DNA of 64,000 nucleotides from Octopus bimaculoides (lineage: Eukaryota), in contig NC_068984.1 of the NCBI RefSeq assembly GCF_001194135.2, forward strand, positions 26,279,059-26,343,058, given 5' to 3'. Of the stretch, positions 23,481 to 36,156 are shown piece after piece. Both the position numbers and the translations under genes were made by a program. Under the pieces are notes generated by a model that did not search any database, was not told the origin of the DNA, and saw only the letters and a list, made by a program, of their open reading frames with translations. Numbering within the stretch: the first letter of the stretch is position 1; the number at the start of each line of letters is the position of its first letter.

Positions 23481-23673
23481 AGATAATATTTACATTTGAC
23501 GGATATTTGATAATGGATCAACTGAGGTTAAAAAACATGTTAATTGTATACTGATTTAATTAAATTGAACTAATTTAAGTTGTCGAGATACCGGTATTAC
23601 CTTATATAGGCTGAGTATGAAATAATAGGGGAACAAAGATTAGATTTATTTAAGACAACTATAAAATAATAAA

Positions 23674-23925
23674 GTGGAGGCGCGTGGCTTAGTGGTTAAG
23701 GTGTCAGCATCATGGTCGTAATATTGTGGTTTCGGTTCCTGAACCGGGCGACACGTTGTGTTCTTGAGCAAAACACTTCATTTCGCGTTGCTCCAGTCCA
23801 CTCAGCTGGCAAAAATGAGTAACGCTGCGATGGACTGGCGTCCCGTCCAGCTGGGGAACACATACGCCATTGAAACCGGGAAACCGGGCCCATGAGCCTG
23901 GCTAGGCTTTAAAAAGGCGCATTTA
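23674..23925 (+). mobile_element. SINE family M, full length
   Basis: tRNA-like head, TTCTTGAGCAAAACACTT...CCACTCAGCTGG (Meta-like), GCGATGGACTGGCGTCCCGTCCAG (V-like). Confidence 0.85.
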
Positions 23926-23969
23926 TTATTTTTTTATATAATAATAATAGTAATAATAACAATAACAAT

Positions 23970-24020
<51 letters not shown>

Positions 24021-24529
24021 GCATACATATTTGTATACATATATATACATATATATGCACGTACGTGCGAATGTATGTATACATGTATGTGCATTTACAG
24101 TGTGATTCAATTAATCTCTTTTAGTGTAACTAGTTACACTGGGAAAAGATGTATATACCGGGAAAAGATGTATTTTTTAAATATTAAACAGTTAATGCTA
24201 TCGGATATAGTACAGAATTTTAAATGTCCACTATGAATCGGCATTATTTTTTGAAAGCAAAATGGAAATGTCAAGGGTGGTGTTGTGGTTCAAATTTCCA
24301 TCACTCCTTTGACCTTTTGCTTTGAAAACCCAATGTCCGTGACAGCAGTTCTGTAGACTAAATCAAAAAGATAACATTATGCGAAAAAAAACTTTTAGCT
24401 GGCCAAATGGTCAACCCATCACTATCCTACAAACATTTTGAAAATTTTGCATCGAAAAATCGCTATACATTGACACACACATTTAAAAGCATACCGTGGT
24501 GTTGTAGAATGTCCTTTATTATATTAGTT

Positions 24530-24700
24530 TCAAGTTTTGGCGCAAGGCCAGCAACTTTGGGGTGGGGTGGGCGTTATATCGATTACATCGACCCATTGTT
24601 CAACTGGTACTTATTTTATAGACACCGAAAGAATGAAAGGAAAAGCGGTAAATGCCGCTTAACATTTTGCCCGGCGCTGTAACGATTCTGCCAGCTCGCT
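24530..24700 (-). mobile_element. SINE family N (older copy)
   Basis: GATTACATCGACCC...ACTGGTACTTATTTTAT...GATTCTGCCAGCTCGC. Confidence 0.75.
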
Positions 24701-24821
24701 TCCTTTGTTATAACTGTCATAAAAAAAAGACAAAACAAAACAAAAGAAGTAGCAACTAAAAAAGATGTTATATTGTGTTGTCTACTCAAGCAGCCATTTT
24801 CAGAGATTGAGAATAAAATTG

Positions 24822-25213
24822 TTGTTGTTGTTGCTGGCACTCCGTCGCTTACGACGTCGAGGGTTCCAGTTGATCCGATCAACGGAACAGCCTGTTCGTG
24901 AAATTAACGTGCAAGTGGCTGTGCACTCCACAGACGCGTGTACCCTTAACGTAGTTCGCGGGGATATTCAGTGTGACACAGTGTGACAAGGCTGACCCTT
25001 TGAATTACAGGCACAACAGAAACAGGAACTAAGAGTGAGAGAAAGTTGTGGTGAAAGAGTACAGCAGGGTTCGCCACCATCCCCTGCCGGAGCCTTGTGG
25101 AGCTTTAGTTGTTTTCGCTCAATAAACACTCACAACGCCCGGTCTGGGAATCGAAGCCGCGACCCTATGACCGCGAGTCCGCTGCCCTAACCACTAGACC
25201 ATTGCGCCTCCAC
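24822..25213 (-). mobile_element. SINE family R, full length, with 14-bp TSD
   Basis: TGAGAATAAAATTG at 24808-24821 and 25214-25227. Confidence 0.95.
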
Positions 25214-25359
25214 TGAGAATAAAATTGATCAACGGTTAAACGGTTTTTTTTTAACCGCATGTTCCACAAGTAAACCTGTTGACGGTGCTTTCAACACGAA
25301 ACGTAGCTTCACCATTGAATACAATCTTCCTACCTTAATCTGTATCGTTGGTTTTTGTA

Positions 25360-25593
25360 CTCTTTCACCACAACTTTCTCTCACTCTTTCTTTCTTCCTG
25401 TTTCTGTTGTACCTGTATTTCAAAGGGTCAGCCTTGTCACACTGTGGCACGCTGAATATCCCCGAAAACTACGTTAAGGGTACACGTGTCTGTGGAGTGC
25501 TCAGCCACTTGCACGTTAATTTCACGAGCAGGCTGTTCCGTTGATCGGATCAACTGGAACCCTCGACGTCGTAGGCGACGGAGTGCCAACAAC
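25360..25593 (+). mobile_element. SINE family R, 3' half
   Basis: ACTCTTTCACCACAACTTTCTC...GACGGAGTGCCAACAAC. Confidence 0.9.
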
Positions 25594-26013
25594 ATATTTT
25601 TCATACAGGCTTGGACAGTTATCGTCACATAATTTTAAAATCAATCATAAAATCATTCCATGCGACTAGATTTTTAGACACTTTTGACAGGAGCTGCAGG
25701 AATTACGGAGCTTCTTTGAAGCCTGCTACATTGAACTGTGTAAAGGTATTAGATGGTTGTTTTTCACTGAGTCTGTCGGGCTTCAAGGCATAGTCAGGTC
25801 TTCAACAAAACTCTTTACCATTAAATCGCTTGCAACTTTTGCAAGTTGTGACATGGCTGTGCGACTTCCGACTTATTTCTTGTTTCCACGTTATTTGGGC
25901 TTGAACGATTAATTTTATTAGAGCTCTTAATGTTCTTTCACATTTGATAATGACATTTTTCCTAAAAGATATAGACCTATGTATATAATCTCTCTCCCCC
26001 TCTCTCTCTCCTC

Positions 26014-26076
<63 letters not shown>

Positions 26077-26083
26077 AACACAG

Positions 26084-26293
26084 GAGGGGATGCTGAAAAG
26101 TTCCTGGCTTTGGGTAAAAGAAAATAGTGGAGGATCAATTATGATTTTATTCAACATATTCTTCTCTCAAATTCACACACTTATTGTAGCGGTCCTTCAG
26201 TTTTTCTAAGCCCTACAAAAGAATTCGGGAGGTTGGGCCTCCAGCAAGACCTTTTGCGATACCTTTAAAGCCAAGAACTTTCAGCATTCCCTC
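26084..26293. mobile_element. Mariner-derived MITE (~210 bp)
   Basis: TIRs GAGGGGATGCTGAAAAGTTCCTGGCTTT / AAAGCCAAGAACTTTCAGCATTCCCTC; interior is an inverted transposase C-terminus (LKDRYNKCVNLREEYVE*). Confidence 0.85.
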
Positions 26294-26339
26294 ATGTTTA
26301 TATATATATATCTGTAAAAATATATGACAATTATTCGGT

Positions 26340-26411
26340 AGCCATGATAAAACTCCGAGTTTCGGATGCCGAGGCGGAAACACACGCCGCCATCTCTTCA
26401 GTTATCTGGCC
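26340..26411 (-). ncRNA. Type I hammerhead ribozyme with intact core
   Basis: Minus strand: GGCCAGATAA-CTGAAGA-GATG GCGG cgtgtgttt CCGC ctcgg CATC c-GAAA-CT cgg AG-T-T-TTATC a TGGCT. All core nucleotides present, stems I/II/III pair, GUU cleavage triplet. Confidence 0.8.
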
Positions 26412-26494
26412 ATTGAAAATTCATCTATTTACATAATATCGAGGTTTCTTTCTTTCTTTTGTTGTCTTTTTTATCAATATATATATACTCTTTT

Positions 26495-26612
26495 TTTGTT
26501 TCAGTCATTTGGACTGCGGTCATGCTGCAGCACCAGCTTCAGTCGAACAAATCGACCCCAGAACTTATTCTTTGTAAGCCCAGTACTTATTCTATCAGTC
26601 TCTTTTGCCGAA
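26495..26612 (-). mobile_element. SINE family K, 3' part
   Basis: TTGTTTCAGTCATTTGGACTGCGGTCATGCTG...ACTTATTCTATCAGTCTCTTTTGCCG. Confidence 0.8.
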
Positions 26613-28334
26613 GCGGAACAGCCACTCCTATTTTGTTGACGTTATAAGAATTTCTAAACTTTTGAGAGAACGTGGCATAATTCTCTTTTTGAATTGGTTC
26701 TCGAAGTACATATAAAGCTATAAATAATAGCATGTAGACGTTAGGTTGAAAACTATATAGAACAATATATGTAATAATGTGATCGTCTAAAACTCTCGAA
26801 TGATGTGCCCCAGTATGGCCGCAATCAAATGCTTGTAACCAGTAAAAGTAGTTAGAATGAACATAAAAAAGTGAAAAGAAAAATAATACTCGTAAATGTC
26901 AACAAAAATTGACACAGATTCCCGTGTCTATGCATTCTCTTATTAGAACCAATTTAAAGGTATTTATAAATGTCTATATCAACAAACACGAAATCTTCCG
27001 GAAACAAAACCACATTAAACCTTCTTAGTATTCAAGTTGTGCTCTATGGATCTGTGATTGTAATTGATTTCATGTTAGTCACGCTTGACTGGCATGACCT
27101 TGTAGAGGAAGCTGCGTTGACACAGCGTTCTTCTCTCTAAGCCCATCAGCTGGACAAACAATGTACTATTTCACATCCGCTCACTTGGACGGCAGGCAAG
27201 CTTAGCAGATGATTTAAATGTGTCTTCTTTAAAAAAAGCTAGGCTAATAGCAGATAACAAAGCTGTTTTGCGCCTTTGTAATAAGAACCATTGTTTTTAA
27301 AATTTTCCACAAAGATGGATAAGTTTCAAAACGTCAGACTTCTCCTCTTCCTTATGGTATAAAAATATATTCCATTGTTTGAATATAATGTTTATATTAC
27401 TTTATATTACGGACACGTGTCTGTGAAGCGCTCGGCCACTTGCACATTAATTTCACGAGCAAGCTGTTCCGTTGATCGTATCAGTGAGGACCCTCGTCGT
27501 CGTAAGAAAAAGTAATAGCTTGATAAATTGAAGGTTGATCTTTAAGCGAAGAACGCATTTCTTTTTATGGTATTTGAGGTTATGCTAATAATATGCCTAA
27601 AATTGCTAAGTTATTAGATGTTGTGGATCCCACTTCAAGGAACCACAAAAAATTTGGAGTCCCTGGGAAACCCGAAGGAGCAAGTTGCAAAAATCAAAGA
27701 AAACCTTGAACTTGAAAGTGATTTAAATGTTTTCATGACAATGTAGGAATAATGATATAAAAAAAAAAAGAAGACACAGCATTCTTTTTAAATATCTTCC
27801 TGCTGCAGGAATAATAAAGAAATCAAAATTAAATTATGAACTGCTCAAACAGAAATTTAACTACCCAACCACGCATTTTGACTAGGAATTTGTTGAGGAA
27901 ACCATCAAGTTTCTGAAAGATGCTACCACATATCTAGTCGTGATTGAGAAATCACGAATCTGCTTTAGATACGGGAGTTCGTATATTTCAAATGACAACC
28001 TTTTAGAAATTATTTCAAAATATTAAGTAATAATAGAGTACGTTAAAATGTTTAAGTTCTTTAGATATTAAATGAACAAAAAGTGACAGTAATGATATTT
28101 ATGTTTACACGTACAGAATCCGTGGTCAAAACGACTACATTCAAAAATAAATAAAAAAGAGGCTCTTAAAATTGTTGCAGCTCCCTTCTGTAGATATGCA
28201 CATAAATAAATATATAGAAATGATATACAATGCTTTCCATTAACATATCTATTTTCATTGGGGAAGTCATATGTGTGTAAACCATAGTAGCTCAGCCGTT
28301 GAGATTGAGTATTATCGGGCTGAATTCGTCTTTC

Positions 28335-28454
28335 TTAAGAGTTTTCAGGGATCGTTTATCTCACATCTTAATTAAAAGAAAAACAAAACTGCATTAGCTC
28401 AAAGGGGCGGTAAACGATCACTGATGAGTCTTTAAAAGACGGAACAACTTTTGA
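28335..28454 (+). ncRNA. Decayed type III hammerhead-like motif
   Basis: Stem I GATCGTTTATC/GGTAAACGATC, CTGATGA(28421), stem II GTCTT/AAGAC, GGAAC (one core substitution), stem III TTAAGAGTT/AACTTTTGA, UUC triplet. Confidence 0.4.
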
Positions 28455-29750
28455 TAACTTCTTCATACGAGACAATTTTAGTTCTAAACACCTACCGATC
28501 CTATGCATTGTACCAGTGTGTGTATTCTTTACATATCTGGAATGGAATAGCTATTTCACCCCTGAACATATTAGGCAGACCCCAAAGTTGAAAAGCCAGC
28601 CAGCCAATCCGTTATATTGAAAGGTTTTCTAAGCATTTAACACGCGCTATCACAATGGCACACGGCTTCCTCTATATTTCTTGTACCATTACTACCACGT
28701 TAATTACTCCTGTAAACTAACAAATCATGCCTCATCAAATGAAGACTCAGCGTGGTTGTTCCACTACCAAATATCACTCTACTCTCTTAAAAAAGAAATG
28801 GCATATTGGATAATGCAGTCGTAGCCAGGCTGGAACGCCATTATTCATAGATTTACTTGACTAGGATTTACCTAGGAGATAAACATCAGCCCCCCCCCCA
28901 CTTACTCACGTCTTCTCTTTTCATCTTTACAATGTTACTTGATCTCCTACAACAGTGCGCAAAACACTTAGCTAGAAATTCATCCTCTAAGCTTCAACAC
29001 ACTGGACTTTGTCTGCCTATGCGTAACCTACATTCATCACAATTAAACTGTAATCAGATTGGATAGCACGCCATTTACCACCAGCATTATAAATCCACTA
29101 AGAAGATAAATTTCCAATGAAATCAAGCTTCGCTGGGAGAATCTTAGGTTAAATCGACAAAAGAAGTGAATACAACGAAATAAAACTGCTGGCAACCCAA
29201 CCTAAGGGTATTTTATCTTTTTTGGCTTCAACACAACCCAGTACTGTTTGAATGAATGCTAAAACTCTCCACTCAAACGCTTCTTTCATAATTATCTCCC
29301 TTTACTGATGACACTAGTTTTACCACATTTACTCCTGCCTATCTCTTAAACTTCATCTTACTTTTATCTCCATACTCACCTCCACATCAATTCCCTTATA
29401 TATCTTAAAAAAGAAACCCTATTTGTGCTAATTTTATGCCTATAATTGACAGTGTCCTACCCCAAAATATACGGCGCTATGTCAATATTAGACAACAATT
29501 AATTTGTGAATATTCAACGAGAATCTATAACAAGTGGACACTTTCTTTTTTAGGTACTCAACTTGATGTTATGTGTTCCTGTTTCTTCTTTTAGGCATCA
29601 TATTTCTTTAAACTGGTTAAAGACAGGTAGACAAAAACACCATGAGTCATTTTACAACCTGTACTTTTGTTATATGTTCGCTTCTTTCTCTCGCGTTCTC
29701 TCTCTCTCTCTCTCTTTCCATCTCCATCTCTCTCTTTCTCTTTCTCCATA

Positions 29751-29831
<81 letters not shown>

Positions 29832-29954
29832 GGGGAGATAGATAGATAGATATATATATATATATACATACATACATACATACATACANNNNNNNNNNNN
29901 NNNNNNNNNNNNNNNNNNNNNNNNNNNNNNNNNNNNNNNNNNNNNNNNNNNNNN

Positions 29955-29986
<32 letters not shown>

Positions 29987-31439
29987 TGGGCATGTACATG
30001 AGTGTATGTCTCTATGTCGAATTGATAGTGATAGCGATATGAAACCTCATTAAGGCGGGTTGATGTTACCTGATTACTTCCTTCTGGCATCTCCTGCAGC
30101 CAACATGGTGCCAGACACCTCATCTCTGTTTAAAGATTACACCACAGAATCATAGTGATGCGTATTATGACACCTAGACAATCACCAGAATGAATACATT
30201 CTTGCAACTTTGACGAACTCTCTAAGCATATTTGCACATATGCATACATATATAGATTAAGTATAATTGATAGATTAGTAGCTTTTAGTTATATTATTTA
30301 CATATGTGAAAGTTGCTATAGAGCATGTCGATAAGTTGTTATGTTATGTTTGTGAGTTTCTAACCGAGTACATTTATTTGCAAATAGGTATCATGTGGAG
30401 GTATGGTTCACCGATATTAACAGTGGAAACTTATTACAATTGATTGATTACTTTAACACAAACCATTTTTTAATGAGATGATTTGTATAGTCGATTAAAA
30501 ATCATCTAATATTTTACTATTTTTTATTTTACAACTCTGGATAAAAGGAAGTAAATAAAAGACAAAGATTTGAACTGCTTTCAGAGAATACAATATTGCA
30601 TACGATATTGACATGGCTGGTGTTCCATAGTGTCACCAATTCAGTATAAAAGAACATTAAAACTGTGAATAAATGAAACTATTCATTTCAATAATAACAA
30701 AGATTAATGCAATAAACATTGAAGTTATCTCGTAAAAGATATCATCCACATCGTATGGAGTTCATCAATCAGTTAAAAAAAATATTCTGAACACCACTAA
30801 GTAGCCGATTCCACAATTGCTTTGGCGAAAAGGCATTTCAATCTCAGTATCATCTGGAAATGTTATATAAGAAGGAAAACATGGAAATAAAATCGATGAT
30901 TCTGGGCATAGTGTAGAATCCGAAAAAAATAATAGGCTCTGGCTTACTGACACCACGCAACCAAATTTTGAAATCAGAAAGTTTTGTAACTTGTGAAGAC
31001 CACTTTGCCTTTGAAAATCACGCGAAATGCACGTGTTGTTTATTTGTAAAATTACCTTCTGAAGATTCAACAGCGTCTGTTTTAATACCCGATTTGACGT
31101 TAATAATCTTGCAAAACAAATAAAAATAATAATAAATCAGAAAATTCTGTTTGACGCATCTCCCACAAGCAACTGAATCTACTGATTTCCACTTGGTGTT
31201 ATGCTATTTACGAAAAGTATTGGTATTGGCCAGTAACTTGTTCATTTATCTATATGCTCCCCAAATTTAATATTACTGAGCCACGATAACATACAGACAC
31301 TATGAACTAGAAGGTATGGAATAGACATATATATATTTCCAACGCATTCACACTCCAAGATGTATGTATGTATGTATGTATGTATGTATGTATGTATGTA
31401 TGTATGTATGTATGTATTTATGTATGTATGTATGTATGT

Positions 31440-31835
31440 ATGCGTCAAGTCCTCAGTAAAGGCCTGTGATATGCAAGACACTGACTGGGAGAACAATGCC
31501 TGTCATCGCCACAGATGGAGGAAGCAGGTTAAGGAGGGGGTCGACACTTTTGAGAGAGCACGTATCCAGCATGAAGAACTTAAGCNNNNNNNNNNTTTTG
31601 AGAGAGCACGTATCCAGCATGAAGAACTTAAGCGAGCTGCGCGAAAGCGCACGGCTCATATAGTGAATGGGGAAAGCTTGGTCTGCAATGTTTGCAGTCG
31701 TGTATGCTTGTCAAGAGCAGAGCTATTTAGCCACCAGCGGAGCCGCAAATGCAAAATATAACTTAGTCTTAGAGCGCCTAATGTTCCTGAAGGTCGGCAA
31801 TGGTCTTCCTCGGTCACGAGTGGACGGCCACCATC
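31440..31835 (+). mobile_element. RTE-clade LINE 3' end
   Basis: WENNACHRHRWRKQVKEG...LVCNVCSRVCLSRAELFSHQRS (C2H2-like C-terminus of RTE ORF2), short 3' UTR ending in (CAT). Confidence 0.85.
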
Positions 31836-32084
31836 ATGTATGTATGTATATGTGCGTGCATATGTTATTTGCTCTTTATAATTTAGAGTTAATTTTGACC
31901 ACCCACCTGTTTGGTAGCAAGGTTGTGAAGGAAAGCATTTTGTTTTGGTTATCATCCTTTAAAACTTAAGAAGGTCCTGCAGATTTATATAATCCCAGAT
32001 ATCGTGGTCATTTGATTTCAACAACAGAGCATATCTTTTCTTTTGGGTCCCATAATAATACCTGACCGGTGGTGTTTTAACTTG

Positions 32085-32500
32085 ATAGATGTTTCGATTT
32101 TTAAGTTTCACCAATATTCTTTGGAAATATTGGTCTCGATTTAGTCTGCATCATCTGTTTGTATTTTTCTTTTGTTATCCTCTTCCAGACTATTCTGGTC
32201 ATCGTATCATACCTCATGGGTGGAAGACAATCTTTCTCAGTTGGCAATAATGTGTTTGGTGTCTTCAGTTTTGGTTTTTCACAGCCTACATTTGTTTTCC
32301 GTCAATGTTGTATGCCTTTTATGCTGTAAGTACTTGGTGGGGATTTCTTGTTCTTAATTACATGGAGATAGCCTTCGAGGTGGAATGTCATAAACTTGTC
32401 GGTACTCTATGGCAAGCTTTTGCTATGATCAATTCCTTTTATGTTTTTTTGTTCGTGCCAATTACCTATGTACTATCTTTTCAGTGAACTGAATTATTTT
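32085..32500 (-). mobile_element. Heavily decayed RLE-type LINE fragment (zinc-knuckle region)
   Basis: Minus-strand translation ...KTEDTKHIIAN*ERLSS...YDDQ resembles the CRLC...EDI.HII..C...RHD motif. Confidence 0.4.
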
Positions 32501-33174
32501 TAAATTTTGTTCTTTTGATGAATGGAATTTACCGGTACTCTTTGAGGAGAGATCCCTATCAGCTCTTACATCATGCTTCTCTGTGCAAAATATGGTACAG
32601 GAAGTAGACGAAGGAACATACGAATAACAAGAAAACACTTACAAAGGACATTGACACGTACACCCCTCATCAGTTATCAACCAAAAATCATCACCCTTTC
32701 GATACCTTATTGATAATATTGCTCAATTTGGTGGTGTTGAATGCAAAAAGCGGCTGGGATATAAATGAGCGAACATGGAGGACAGAATAAGATAAATACA
32801 AAAAAGATAGGGTCTTTAGACAAGACAGTAAAAAAGAAAAGTTGAGGAGAACGGGAAAATATATAAGGCGAAAAGGCACAGATAGTAATGTAAAAAAATA
32901 CGAATCATAAACGACACAAGTGTTTGTATACATAGAAGGCTTTTCGGTAATTAAGAAAAGATGTGTTATATTAACTCTAATAGGAAAGAACGTAGTCCTT
33001 CTGGACTTGATTAAATATATGTAGAAAAAGAAGATAAAACGTCAACAAACCACCAACTGAAAATAAACTTAAAATTTTAAACAGGAGCAGAAAAAAAGTC
33101 AACTGACCAAGCGAATGGTCATGCCAAAAAGGACGGGTAGTTTAAGAAACAGGATGGTCTCGTGGTATCTATTA

Positions 33175-33248
<74 letters not shown>

Positions 33249-34029
33249 TGTTTTGCATTATATTGATATTTTCTCATGTTACAATGAAATTGTTCTGAAT
33301 GTGGTAAAGCATTATAGTATAATGTATAAATGCGCGCACACACACACAAAAACTCACACAAAGTGTGTAGTGGGGTCGACTTCAAAGTTGATGGTTGCAA
33401 GGAGAGCCTCTTAACTACAAGACCAAACCAATGAATAACAGCTACAAAGTTTATAGTTTGGCTACTTTATTCCACGTACCAAATTACTCAAAGATGTAAC
33501 TATTACTACTACTTGTGAGAAAGGTCTCACCAACTGAGATACCTCAGCATCCGGAATTAAAACCCAGGTCAATGAATCCATTTAAAGAAATATGCTCCGT
33601 CTTAATTTACAGGAGATGAGCGGGGATTCCATAACCAAAACCACGATTTTGTTTGGTTGGTCGAAAGAGAGGATGAAACCTCGGTTCAGGGATATAACCA
33701 CTTACTTATACACGTACATACATACGTACGTGCAACCATACACTCATTCATACATGCATGCATAATACGTACCTACCTACAATCATATATACATACATAC
33801 GTACCTACATAAGTGCATAGATATATACACATACAAGAATTCATACATGTATTCACCCATCTGTCTTACCGTACATAGATGCATATGTATGCATGTCTGT
33901 CTGTCTGTCTGTCTGTCTGTATGTCTATATTTATAAACCTAGTATAGGTTCACTGACTCTCTAGCATTATCGCAAGACGTCAGTATTTTCGGGTTAATGT
34001 CTGGAGTGCAAGAAGGCTACTGGAAGTGA

Positions 34030-34465
34030 GGCATCCCTCAGCATTTGTGTGATGTGATATAAGACCAGATACGCAAGGAGTGGCATTGAACGTTTTGGGG
34101 ATCTTTTGCTTGCACTTAAGATCATGGCGCTTCCTCATTCCTTAGCCTGCGACCCAAGTTGGCACTGGATATCTTGGCCTGGCTTGTCTCTGGATCATGA
34201 CAATAGAGTGGGGAGAGTCTGTCAGGTGCTGTGCAAGCCGTACTGGACCTAAAAATTTTAGGTTGTGCAATTTCCGGTGAGGTGACTAGCTGATTCCCGA
34301 TCGAGTAGAAGGGCGCCGTGGCAATATTGGAAGCCGCGGACGCGAACCTGGGTGAATCCGATTGCTGGTGCAATAACCTAATGCTCGGACATTGCTCGCA
34401 CTTTGCATTGGCAATGCTCAGTGATGGTCTTCCTCTGTCACGAGTAGACAGTCATGGTCATCATC
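34030..34465 (+). mobile_element. GC-rich retroelement remnant ending in an RTE-like tail
   Basis: Tail ATGGTCTTCCTCTGTCACGAGTAGACAG...CATCATC matches 31799-31835 (ATGGTCTTCCTCGGTCACGAGTGGACGG...CATCATG). Confidence 0.5.
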
Positions 34466-34473
34466 GTCATGTT

Positions 34474-34509
<36 letters not shown>

Positions 34510-34624
34510 NNNNNNNNNNNNNNNNNNNNNNNNNNNNNNNNNNNNNNNNNNNNNNNNNNNNNNNNNNNGGAAAAAAGAGTACTCAAATACCAGAGGTAGA
34601 GTAATATGCTTTATTTAAATAAAG

Positions 34625-34690
<66 letters not shown>

Positions 34691-35744
34691 CTTGTGTGTG
34701 TGTGTGTGTGTGTGCGTATGTTTGTGTGTGTGTGCATGTGTTTGTATGTGTGTGTGTGTGTGTAATATCGCCGTCTGATATATAAACACATACACGCATA
34801 TACGTAATAGGCTGATTTGTAGCATTCGCTCCGGCTCATTCATTGCGCAACGATTCAAATGCTGCCGAAGTCATCTTTGCACTTCATCCTTTCTGAATCG
34901 ATTAATAAACTACTGAGGTCGATTATTCTTCTCATTCATTCCCACCTACCCCTTCTCTGTCTGTCCGTCAGTCTGTGTGAGTGTGTGTGTGTGTCTCTCC
35001 TCCTCTCTCTCTCTCTCTCTCTCTGTGCTTTTTTCTCTGCCTGAAAGAAATCTATGGAGTTTCGCCCTGGAAGGGGATAGGTACAACAGGTTCTAAAAAA
35101 TGCCCAAGACACGATGTATGTCACAGCGGCGCCCCCGAGACTCCATCCGTTAATGTTTCCCTCTCACATACGCATACACATGATATGTAATACAATATGA
35201 TATAATATAATATAATATAATATTTACGTATATATATATATATATGCGTGTGTACGTGTGTGTGTAATAAATATATACGTACATTACCAAATACATTCAT
35301 GTAATAATAACTCAAGCGTTGTATTTCAGTTTCTACCTGCCCACCTTCTAAGTTGAATTGAAATATATCTCTTTTATATACTTATATATTATTTCATTTT
35401 ACTTAAATTTCTTCGTCTACGTATTTCACTGTGTGCATTCATTGAAACATTGAGTACATCCCTTTCTTTCTTTCTTTCTTTCTTTCTTTCTGTCTTTCTT
35501 TCTTTCTTTCTTTCTATTTCTTTCTTTCTTTTTGGTTCATGTTTTGGTCACACATTACGAACACTGAAACGACTTCCACATGCCATGGAAGCACCAATAT
35601 TTTACAAGGGCGCTTCAGAAAATTTCCGAACGAAGCATTGAATGTACTCATCTGTATAATCTATATTGCAGATACATTTCTTCAAAAGCGAATTGGAATT
35701 ATATAGGTACACACATGATAACATATACGTCCGTGATTATGTAT

Positions 35745-35875
35745 GTATGTACTTATGTACGTCTACGTGTATGTATGTATGTATGTATGTATGTATGTAT
35801 GTATGTATGTATGTATGTATGTATGTTTGTTTGTATGTATGTATGTATGTATGTATGTATGTATGTATGTATCTA
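35745..35875. repeat. (TATG)n microsatellite
   Basis: Directly visible; similar arrays at 31365-31440, 49757-49880 and 50135-50178. Confidence 0.95.
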
Positions 35876-36041
35876 TGTGTGTGTACACAAACACACACAC
35901 TTATATAGTCTTATACACGTTGTCTTAATTTGTACACTCACAAACATATATGTATGCATGATACATATACATATACGAATATATACTTACACGAATATAT
36001 TAGAACACACATAAACATACACACAGACACTGACATACACA

Positions 36042-36091
<50 letters not shown>

Positions 36092-36120
36092 CATATCTTC
36101 AAACATACCCACATATATGT

Positions 36121-36156
<36 letters not shown>

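Noticed and set aside
27600-28050. Protein-like plus-strand frame (LNYELLKQKFNYPTTHFD*EFVEETIKFLKD...)
   Set aside because: Interrupted by a stop, no recognisable family or splice signals; unresolved.
31548-31633. 38-bp exact duplication within the RTE fragment
   Set aside because: The two copies flank a 10-N placeholder gap, most likely unmerged contig overlap.
32620-32685. Minus-strand GATAACTGATGAG resembling the start of the 26340 ribozyme
   Set aside because: GAAA core and stem III absent.
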